NCBI GenBank assembly: GCA_003022255.1
Contig: PXPA01000011.1
Span: 1-41,337, forward strand
Direction: 5' to 3'
From: Parcubacteria group bacterium SW_6_46_9
GTDB lineage: Bacteria; Patescibacteriota; Minisyncoccia; Phycocordibacterales; SW-6-46-9
Length of the DNA stretch: 41,337 nt
The position numbers and the translations under genes are program-made. The notes under the pieces were generated by a model. The model ran no database searches. It worked only from the letters and a program-made list of their open reading frames with translations, and was not told where the DNA came from. This document shows, in pieces, positions 9,518 through 16,747 of the stretch (the first letter of the stretch is position 1; each line of letters begins with the position of its first letter).

Positions 9518-11416
9518 TTACTGTGAAGAGATAGTGAGGTTCCATATACTCCGGCGGTTCACAGCTGTGAGACCACCGTTTCCGGGTAGCAAATGAGTAG
9601 TGCTATCCACAATGTGATCCGTGTCCGAGAACCGCTTGGCCGGAGCCAGTCGGTTCCCGTTCGGTTCGATGCGAACAACACCATCATCAGTTGCAGCCAA
9701 CAAGAAATTACCGGCTGCAAGCGTGCCCGTAATCTTCCCCAGCCAACTACCATCACCGGCAGTTGTCTGGGCTTTCGCCTGTACCGTCCCGTCATCTCCG
9801 ATCAGATAACAGCGATTGCGACGACGCCCCTGCTCGTTTACGGTCTGGAAAAACCAGATCCGATCACGACATATAGACGCCGTAGCATTGATAAGCTGGC
9901 CGGTAATCGGCGGGACGGTTACGTTTTCGTTGATACCGCGATAAGCAGTATCAAACACGAAATACTGCTGGATCTTACCAGCCCGATAGAAGCCGAAACC
10001 GTGCTTATCTCCAACCCAGAATAATGTTCGGTCTTTGAGGGCACTGCCAACAGACTGCGCATAATCCACGCCAAACTTTCCTGCTCGCTTGAGATCACCA
10101 TTGCGAACCCAAAACAGCTTGTCGCTGGTTACATCAAAAACGGGCTGCCGACCGAATGAGTCGACAGAAAGACGATCCTTTGATCTGTCCTTGCCAACCA
10201 AATGCATCGTTCCGTCCACCCCGAAGATCGTGGTATCACCATACAGTCGATACCGCGTAAGTGGGCGAACCGGTGCATCAGCTATCGGTGTGTCGTCTTC
10301 ACGAAAGAAGCGGCCGCCCTTGTGATACAGCCACTGCAGCTTATCGTTTTGGCAATCAGCAAACATAATTCGTCCGCTGGTGCGAAACACACGCGTCGCC
10401 GAAACATCATTTGTGACACGCTCGACTGTTTGGTCGCCACCACCGTCACTGCACTCCGGACACTGACTACGAGCGTGCACAAGACCACAAGACGAGCATG
10501 TCTGCCAATTTATGCCGGCAAGCAACTGTTCAGGAAACGGTTCGCGCCTGTCTTCGGTAAATACCTCCGAAAAGAAGTCAAGCAGATCCGGTGGCAGCAC
10601 ATCTGGAGTTCGAGCCGGTTTCGGGTACTGCACAGCGGAATCAAAAATTGTCACCCGACTGAGGATCCGCTCTGATCGTGACAGTTGATCGTCTCCGTTT
10701 TTGGGTCGATGAATACCGCTGTAAGGACTGGCAAACAACAACGACTGCAGCAAGAGAACACAGAACGCATACCAGTCAGACATCGCGTCATGGGGCTCTG
10801 CCAGTGTTAGCCCGCCGGTCGGATTCTGAATGCCATTCGAGCGGTTACTTGTTGTAAGCTTCGTTGGGTCAGCAAACCGTTGTGTGAATGTTCGGCAAAG
10901 AAAGTTGGCAAACTGATAGCTGTCAACATCAATCAAGCGCGGTGCGGTGCCCTTTACGAACACATTCAGGTCACTGAAGTCACCGATTACAATACCGGAC
11001 TCATGTAGCTCTTTGACTACGTTCCGCAACGCAGAAAACACGCTAACGACGGCATTTTCATCAATACTCGACCGGAATGTTTTGTCGGCGTAGCGAACAA
11101 GCAACTCTGCCCTCGTAACACGCTGCATACTGTAGCCGACAATAGCTCCGCTATCGTCTCTGGCTAGCGATTGCGGTGTTACTAATGCATTCGGGACCTG
11201 TTCGGGAAACTGTGGTAGCTTCTTTTGGTGTTCGGCAAGACGCTTGCGGGCTGCCTGCTTTTGTTCTGGTTGTCCGGCATGGTCCGGGTGGTCAGGTTGT
11301 TTGAATAGCTTCAGCACCCGATTGTTACCTAAGCGGTAAATATCGGCCTCGCCACCACTATCGATTATGTTCTGTGTGTCAAGCGAGTGAGTGCGACCGT
11401 CAACTTGAACCTTCAT
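9518..11416 (-). CDS. Ser/Thr protein kinase-like protein with a central Zn-ribbon and a large C-terminal repeat (beta-propeller-like) region
   Basis: AGGAGGTG-N6-ATG at 11416. Kinase-like elements are VLKLFK, HESGIVIGDFSDLNVFV and LIDVDS. The Zn-ribbon is CSSCGLVHARSQCPEC at nt ~10454-10498. The 300-aa C-terminus has recurring aromatic/Gly-Asp strands. Confidence 0.75.
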   Translation of the reverse strand: MKVQVDGRTHSLDTQNIIDSGGEADIYRLGNNRVLKLFKQPDHPDHAGQPEQKQAARKRLAEHQKKLPQFPEQVPNALVTPQSLARDDSGAIVGYSMQRVTRAELLVRYADKTFRSSIDENAVVSVFSALRNVVKELHESGIVIGDFSDLNVFVKGTAPRLIDVDSYQFANFLCRTFTQRFADPTKLTTSNRSNGIQNPTGGLTLAEPHDAMSDWYAFCVLLLQSLLFASPYSGIHRPKNGDDQLSRSERILSRVTIFDSAVQYPKPARTPDVLPPDLLDFFSEVFTEDRREPFPEQLLAGINWQTCSSCGLVHARSQCPECSDGGGDQTVERVTNDVSATRVFRTSGRIMFADCQNDKLQWLYHKGGRFFREDDTPIADAPVRPLTRYRLYGDTTIFGVDGTMHLVGKDRSKDRLSVDSFGRQPVFDVTSDKLFWVRNGDLKRAGKFGVDYAQSVGSALKDRTLFWVGDKHGFGFYRAGKIQQYFVFDTAYRGINENVTVPPITGQLINATASICRDRIWFFQTVNEQGRRRNRCYLIGDDGTVQAKAQTTAGDGSWLGKITGTLAAGNFLLAATDDGVVRIEPNGNRLAPAKRFSDTDHIVDSTTHLLPGNGGLTAVNRRSIWNLTISSQ

Positions 11417-12272
11417 TGGAATCACCTCCTGAAGAATTTTTGCGCGATAGTAATACGATAGTTGTGTCGTCTTTCAGTGGGCCAGCTGCAATCTGCACCC
11501 CTTTGCTGGATTCAGAAACCGAGGCGCTATTGAAAGCAGCCAGCTTTCGTCGGATTGCGTCCGGATTCTGAGCGTACTGATCGTCCTCAGTGATAGCTAA
11601 CAAAGAGAGACCCTGATCTTCTTGCTTATCGCCATCACAGGTAAGCGGTAAGCTCGCAGCCCCGTCGGTACCCAAGAGAACCGAATCTATCTCCTTTGTT
11701 TTCCGGCTACAAACAGTAAACTGCAGATCACCTTCAGAAAACGACTGCTGGTTAAGCAGTGCATAGGTCATGTACGGCGGCGTGTTGCCGGCAGATGCAG
11801 TAACGTCCTGCAGTTGGTCGTTGACGGCACAAAGGCCATCTCCAACTGCAAAGACATACGTTGTCTCCGGCAAAACGAGTAGGCCAAGCACTGTCGTAAG
11901 AAAGTAATCGTTGATCGTTTGAGAAAAGTTACCTCCCATTCTGTTAGCCAGTACCCGAATTTCCGCCAGTACATTCTCGCGGATCTTCTGCCAGAATCTA
12001 CCCTCAGACTGATCATCTGTTACGTCTTGGTTCGGCAACCTACCGGCCGAGACATTTTCATGTATTTGCTGTGTCATCAGCCGAGCAATCAGGTTAGCGC
12101 CTACCTCACTGTTAGTTCCGCCACTGCAGCCGTCACAGACCACCGCTGTATACAAATTCTCACTACGGTACAAATCGTACGCATCCTGATTATTGTGCCA
12201 GCGCGGTCGGCCCGGAAGCGTATGATACGACCCGGGAACGCTGCCAGCATGAAGCACAAATACGTCTTGCAT
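11400..12272 (-). CDS. PP2C-family protein phosphatase
   Basis: GAGGTG-N6-ATG at 12272. NQDAY, AVVCDGCSGG, VFAVGDGL and LLGTDGA are PP2C metal-binding-type motifs. The 3' end overlaps the kinase start by 17 nt. Confidence 0.75.
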   Translation of the reverse strand: MQDVFVLHAGSVPGSYHTLPGRPRWHNNQDAYDLYRSENLYTAVVCDGCSGGTNSEVGANLIARLMTQQIHENVSAGRLPNQDVTDDQSEGRFWQKIRENVLAEIRVLANRMGGNFSQTINDYFLTTVLGLLVLPETTYVFAVGDGLCAVNDQLQDVTASAGNTPPYMTYALLNQQSFSEGDLQFTVCSRKTKEIDSVLLGTDGAASLPLTCDGDKQEDQGLSLLAITEDDQYAQNPDAIRRKLAAFNSASVSESSKGVQIAAGPLKDDTTIVLLSRKNSSGGDSNEGSS

Positions 12273-12325
12273 AGCAATCACCTCTGTGTGGGGTTAGTCA
12301 ATTCCGTTGTGAAAGAGCACACTTT

Positions 12326-12340
12326 GTGTAATATTTACAC
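12326..12340. promoter_or_regulatory. perfect 15-bp palindrome GTGTAATATTTACAC (GT-N7-AC core); candidate NrtR operator
   Basis: It lies 54 nt upstream of the PP2C ATG, in the 145-nt gap after nrtR. It has a near-identical partner at 12378-12392. Confidence 0.5.
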
Positions 12341-12377
12341 TAAGTAAGTGTAAAAACAAAGTGGACACGAGTACTTC

Positions 12378-12392
12378 GTGTCAATATTACAC
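12378..12392. promoter_or_regulatory. second copy GTGTCAATATTACAC; its reverse complement matches the first site at 14/15 positions
   Basis: The centre-to-centre distance to site 1 is 52 bp. A 7-bp hairpin gacacga-gtact-tcgtgtc overlaps its left edge. Confidence 0.45.
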
Positions 12393-12417
12393 TAACAAAC
12401 TGAGCTTAGTGTGCAAG

Positions 12418-13107
12418 CTACAATAACTCTATAGTACGGATTTCATTATTTGTAAAGCGGTACAGCATAGCCGGTCGATGCGGTCCGTCCGTCTTCTTCT
12501 CGCCCGTTTCCTCTAAAGACAACTTCTTTTTGATTTTCCGGCGGAAGTTACGTTTATCTAGTTGTCGTCCTAAAATTTCCTCATACGTATCCTGCAGTTG
12601 CGTTAATGTAAATTTTTCTGGTAACAGTGTTTTTGTTATATTCGTATACGTTAGTTTTGCCTGCAATCTGTCCACAGCAGTATCAAGAATCTTGTTGTGG
12701 TCATACGCTAGTTTGCCAATATCTGCCACTGGCTTCCAGAATGACCGGCCATCATCGGCAACGGTGAGCTTAGTCGGCGGTGCTAATGCTAAATACGCGA
12801 CTGATACTACTCGACCACGTGGATCTCTGTTAACACCACTAAACGTATATAGTTGCTCTAAATGCGTATGATCAGGATTCATACCCCCCTTCTCTTCAAG
12901 GTGGCGTCGAGCCGAATCTTCGGCGGTCTCGGTTGGGTCAATTAGTCCGCCTGGAAACCCGGCGATATCTGTATAGTGTGGTGGTGTATGTACATCAATT
13001 AGCAGCGTTTGTAGCTTGTCTTCATAGACAGCAAACAGCACCGTGTCCGTAGCCAGTACAGCAAACTGCAAATCTTCCTTGTCGGATGTTTTGTTGTCGT
13101 CGGTCAT
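12418..13107 (-). CDS. nrtR: NrtR-type regulator (Nudix domain plus C-terminal winged helix)
   Basis: It has a degenerate Nudix box (GFPGGLIDPTETAEDSARRHLEEKGG), RDPRGRVVSVAY, LAYDHNKIL, FTLTQLQDTYEEILGRQLDKRNFRRK and HRPAMLYRF. This matches the NrtR family pattern as I remember it. An alternative upstream start exists at 13152. Confidence 0.75.
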   Translation of the reverse strand: MTDDNKTSDKEDLQFAVLATDTVLFAVYEDKLQTLLIDVHTPPHYTDIAGFPGGLIDPTETAEDSARRHLEEKGGMNPDHTHLEQLYTFSGVNRDPRGRVVSVAYLALAPPTKLTVADDGRSFWKPVADIGKLAYDHNKILDTAVDRLQAKLTYTNITKTLLPEKFTLTQLQDTYEEILGRQLDKRNFRRKIKKKLSLEETGEKKTDGPHRPAMLYRFTNNEIRTIELL

Positions 13108-13164
13108 AGCTAATATAGAGTTCGTGTGTTTTTTACAATACATGAGGTGCAAGCAGATGCAAGT

Positions 13165-14811
13165 TTAGTTAATCTGCTTTTCAGCAACAAGCACGATATT
13201 TGTCGGGGGGTAGGCAATTTGTTCTTTGGGCTTGCCGTTTTCATTAACAGCGAAAAGTGTTAGTGCGTCTTCCCAGCGATTTTCTACAATCCAGTCACTT
13301 TGATAAACACGAGTACCGGCCTGATTTGGCGTATCAGCAACCACCGCAAAACCAGCCGCCTCCGCTGCCTTCCGCCAATCAGTGATATCCCAAAAAGCAA
13401 ACTCCTCCTGCAACTCACTATACCAGTTGTCCGTGTAATCTTTTTTGGTCATAAACTCAGTCATATCTTTATACGAGGCAATGATATACTCCTCTCCCTC
13501 ATGCCTTTCTGTTGTATACTCAAACGAATAATCATCTCGCTGATGCAGATACTCACGAGCAAACCGTTCAAATCGTCCGCGTGTAGACAACCCTTTTAGA
13601 TACGCTGCATACTCTTTACGTTCATCTTCTGCAAATACCTTATTCGGATCATTACTTTTGCCGTTGTCTGTGCGCAACTTGGCTGCAATATTTCGACCAC
13701 TATCTTTCGGACCGACAACATCACGGATTACGAGCCGACCACCCGGCTTTAGCTGGTCATACTTCATCTGTAGATACTTATATAATGAATCCTCACCATC
13801 ACCATAGGAGTAGATTTCGTGCGTCGTTGAATTGCACAAAACGGTATCAATCGAGTTATCCTCAAAAACTGGATCCATAATGTTGCGCTGGTACACATCT
13901 ACAAATGTCCCGCCGAACACTCCGGCGCGGATACGCTCTTCGAAACGAGCCTTAAACTCACTGGTAATTTCAATACCAATTAGGTCTGAGTCCGGAAAGT
14001 CGTCAGATACCCGCTCGAGTAACGCACCATCAGCACACCCCTCATCAACGATACGCCCGGATACAACTGCATCTTTAACATCGTTATACTTCATATCCAA
14101 AATATCCGAATTAGCCATTCCACGTAAATAAACTGAGTAAGACCTGGTCTCGGTTATCGACCCCTCTTCAGTTAACAACGGTTCGTTAGCAATTCGGATT
14201 ATCTTATCAGGTACTCGTGGTACCTGTTGCCAAAAATTATAATGAGCTTCGCTGAGGTAATTTTCTCCGCTTTCTTCAAACCACTCCCGGCCGGATTCCA
14301 TAAAATCATCAAGAATATCGCGAGGTGGTTTATTGGTGTATACGCCTTTTTTCGGATCCCATTCTCCACAAGCAATCGCGTATCCACAATCTCGGAATAA
14401 CTCAACCACTGACTCTGTCGAGCTAAATACGATAGTGTTTTCCGGAGTAATTTTATTACCCTCAAGCTGAAGATTGCAGTGGCTGATGACATGTTGTGCA
14501 AATTTGTCCGTTGGTTGGTAATGGGGAATTTCCGCAATGTCATAACTAACATCAAGAAAGTCATAAAATGGGCGCATAAATCGATCAACGCCAATTGCTC
14601 GATCTGCAAGCGAGAGCGGGTTATAGCGTGAGTTTGATTTGTTGGCTGAGGTGATAGCAAAGATGACCTCATCAATCACCTCGCCCTCACTGCCAACAAA
14701 GTCACCATACAAGTCAAGTTGTGAAATTGGTGTTCGGCAAATGTCTTTCAGGTACTCCTCCTGAAATTTGGTTGTAATAATTTGTCGACCAGGCATCAGT
14801 AGATTTGCCAT
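13165..14811 (-). CDS. two-domain protein: N-terminal NadM/NMNAT-like nucleotidyltransferase fold lacking HxGH, fused to a class I SAM-dependent methyltransferase
   Basis: The N-terminus (LLMPGRQIITTKFQEEYL ... EVIFAITSANKSNSRYNPLSLADR ... YTNKPPRD) lines up with archaeal-type NadM (GRxQPFHxGH ... IGSAQxSHxxxDPFTxxER ... YSGTxxR), but H/G/H are replaced. The C-terminal part has IVDEGCADG and LKPGGRLVIRDVVGP, which are SAM-MTase motifs I and post-II. Confidence 0.6.
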   Translation of the reverse strand: MANLLMPGRQIITTKFQEEYLKDICRTPISQLDLYGDFVGSEGEVIDEVIFAITSANKSNSRYNPLSLADRAIGVDRFMRPFYDFLDVSYDIAEIPHYQPTDKFAQHVISHCNLQLEGNKITPENTIVFSSTESVVELFRDCGYAIACGEWDPKKGVYTNKPPRDILDDFMESGREWFEESGENYLSEAHYNFWQQVPRVPDKIIRIANEPLLTEEGSITETRSYSVYLRGMANSDILDMKYNDVKDAVVSGRIVDEGCADGALLERVSDDFPDSDLIGIEITSEFKARFEERIRAGVFGGTFVDVYQRNIMDPVFEDNSIDTVLCNSTTHEIYSYGDGEDSLYKYLQMKYDQLKPGGRLVIRDVVGPKDSGRNIAAKLRTDNGKSNDPNKVFAEDERKEYAAYLKGLSTRGRFERFAREYLHQRDDYSFEYTTERHEGEEYIIASYKDMTEFMTKKDYTDNWYSELQEEFAFWDITDWRKAAEAAGFAVVADTPNQAGTRVYQSDWIVENRWEDALTLFAVNENGKPKEQIAYPPTNIVLVAEKQIN

Positions 14812-14969
14812 ATGACTACATACTACAATATGAGTTATCCATATTAAAAAGGTGCTCGTTTAACTATTACCCCTCTCCCCCATTACTTTTGAAGCAGTGC
14901 TCATATTACGTTCTACTAAGCACTTTTGGGGTTACTCATGTTAAAACCGAAATTAAGTGGGTGCGCTGG

Positions 14970-15033
14970 TAGAGGTTGTTCAAATTAAAATTCGCGAGCC
15001 GAGCATGGTGGGAATGCACGGATTTCAGAATTG
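14970..15033. repeat. conserved ~60-nt intergenic motif, copy 1
   Basis: tagaggttgttcaaattaaaattcgcgagccgagcatggtgggaatgcacggatttcagaattg aligns at ~75% with 16644-16701. Both copies sit between a terminator-like hairpin and the next minus-strand gene. Confidence 0.5.
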
Positions 15034-15047
15034 TAGGTATTAAAGTA

Positions 15048-15081
15048 AGCCACCGCCATGAGCTCATGACGGTGGCTTTTT
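15048..15081. terminator. strong hairpin agccaccg-N14-cggtggct followed by TTTTT on the plus strand; 21 nt downstream of the minus-strand J-domain gene stop
   Basis: The sequence is agccaccgccatgagctcatgacggtggcttttt. The T-run is on the plus strand and the minus-strand side has only tacttta, so the strand it serves is ambiguous. Confidence 0.5.
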
Positions 15082-15102
15082 CTAATGTGCTATCCTCGTG
15101 GC

Positions 15103-15966
15103 TCATGGCCTTTCAGCCTTCTGAATTACACCCTCAACCGCAATCAGTGGTGTTCCGTTCTGAATGCGGAGAGAGCAAAAGTACCCATGCTTGTCAGCGG
15201 TAAACTTGCTGATCGGCAACATTCCCTCACAAAACTCCTTTAAGGGGATGCGCCGCAACCAGTCATCAAATTCACCCTGACGATCTGCTGATGGGTTATA
15301 TTCTCCGTGAACTTCAGAGATTAGCTGTTTCGTTGTTTTTGCTTTCGCTAAGGCTTCTTTATCAGCCAGAGACCTGCTGACTACAGCTATCGGCATCAAA
15401 TCTTGGCTACCCAAGTTTGTGTCTTCAGTGCCGTGAAGCATCAGATCTTCGCCGATACGCAGTTTCAGCAGCTTCTCGTCTAACGAAACAGAACCCGGAA
15501 TGGAGGCGTGGTCTTCTGGTGGAGAAACTGCGAGCATCAAGCCCGGCGAAAAAATAGAATTTTCATCAGCAAACGAGTCACTGGCAATAGGAGCAAACTC
15601 AAGCAACCCAGTAAAGACTCTTCTTAACTGGTCTTTGTGCTGATTACTTCTTGCCGAAAGCAGCCTCTCCAACCGACGAACTCGATCCACCGTATTTTTG
15701 GACTCTCTATCTTTCAGATCATCCCGATGCTTTTTGAAGCTCAGAAAATCGTCTATCTCCGAGAGTGCTTCTTTTACCTCCTGAAATCTCTTTTTTCTTT
15801 TCTCTTTTTTGCCCCTCTTTTTCTTAAACTGATCCGGCATCCTGTCTGGATGAAGGTTTGCTAGCGTTTGCCTGCCAACCTTCTTGGCAACTTCCTGGGC
15901 TTGGCCTGTACCTAACCCTTCTAACATCTGAGCGGTAATGCCGAGAATGACAAGCGGATTATCCAT
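15103..15966 (-). CDS. J-domain (DnaJ-like) protein with a basic linker and an uncharacterised C-terminal domain
   Basis: PLVILGITAQML...AQEVAKKVGRQTLANLHPDR contains the HPD tripeptide at the position expected for a J domain, followed by KKKRGKKEKRKKR. Confidence 0.5.
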   Translation of the reverse strand: MDNPLVILGITAQMLEGLGTGQAQEVAKKVGRQTLANLHPDRMPDQFKKKRGKKEKRKKRFQEVKEALSEIDDFLSFKKHRDDLKDRESKNTVDRVRRLERLLSARSNQHKDQLRRVFTGLLEFAPIASDSFADENSIFSPGLMLAVSPPEDHASIPGSVSLDEKLLKLRIGEDLMLHGTEDTNLGSQDLMPIAVVSRSLADKEALAKAKTTKQLISEVHGEYNPSADRQGEFDDWLRRIPLKEFCEGMLPISKFTADKHGYFCSLRIQNGTPLIAVEGVIQKAERP

Positions 15967-16031
15967 ATTGGTTAATATAACTGTGCACCGCCAGATACAA
16001 TCTGACGGTGCGGGTGAGAATTACAGTGAGC

Positions 16032-16535
16032 CTACTGGTGAAGGCTGTTAAGCCTTTTCAGTGCGAACCGCAGCACCTTGATGTTGCGCCGTCGACCCAA
16101 GTCAACCAGTTCATTCATGATTGAACTGACGTAGTCCCAACTGCAATTAGTTGAGGTTTTGATTTTCTCAATCACAGTAGCAAACTGGTATGGGTCTTTG
16201 GGGACTGAAAAGTGGCGCTGGAAGCGCATCATGGTCGGGAACGAGACGCGCTCATTGATCATGTGTTCTATTTCCGAGCGGGTACGCAAAAGCCGATTCA
16301 CTTCATCAAGCTCATACCCGTCTCGCAGCCACTCCGCTACAGAGGGCAAATTGGTTCCGTGCTTGTGTGCCATTTCCTCAACCTCTACCAGAACTTCCGG
16401 AGTGAGGCCGAGGTTTTCCTCAAGACGTTGAAGATAATGCGAGGTATGACGCTTTTCTACCTCCTCCAGAATCACGAGATCCTGCTCAGAGGCATCTTCT
16501 TTCTTTCGTCGTACCAGAGACCGTTGATTGGCCAT
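16032..16535 (-). CDS. hypothetical protein, 167 aa, predicted helical
   Basis: It is a long ORF co-directional with its neighbours. I recognise no motif. Confidence 0.5.
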   Translation of the reverse strand: MANQRSLVRRKKEDASEQDLVILEEVEKRHTSHYLQRLEENLGLTPEVLVEVEEMAHKHGTNLPSVAEWLRDGYELDEVNRLLRTRSEIEHMINERVSFPTMMRFQRHFSVPKDPYQFATVIEKIKTSTNCSWDYVSSIMNELVDLGRRRNIKVLRFALKRLNSLHQ

Positions 16536-16643
16536 GGTGGCTAAAGCTGGTTGTGAAACTACAGCGCTATTAATTATTATAAAGTACTATAAAATCATGT
16601 CAACATATTTATTTGGTTCTGACTTTTATTTTGAGTACTCTAA

Positions 16644-16701
16644 TAGAGGCTGTTTAAACCAAAATTCGTGATAGCCATAGGCATGTGCAGGTTTCAAAAT
16701 G
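16644..16701. repeat. conserved ~60-nt intergenic motif, copy 2
   Basis: tagaggctgtttaaaccaaaattcgtgatagccataggcatgtgcaggtttcaaaatg shares tagagg, tgtt, aaaattcg, gcatg and tttca with copy 1, in the same order. Confidence 0.5.
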
Positions 16702-16723
16702 AAAAGACCGCCCCGGAGGACGG
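16696..16723 (-). terminator. probable terminator of the 16748-17884 gene
   Basis: On the minus strand ccgtcc-tccg-gggcgg forms 6 bp including one G-U pair, followed by TCTTTTCATTTT. The hairpin is better on the minus strand, because the G-U pair would be a C-A mismatch on the plus strand. Confidence 0.5.
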
Positions 16724-16747
16724 CCTGATCGATTGTGAGAAATTCAA

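Noticed and set aside
14970-15033. An NAD+ riboswitch (nadA or pnuC motif) upstream of the NadM-like gene
   Set aside because: It is tempting because of the NAD context, but I cannot map the conserved features of either class onto the motif. The second copy precedes an unrelated hypothetical gene.
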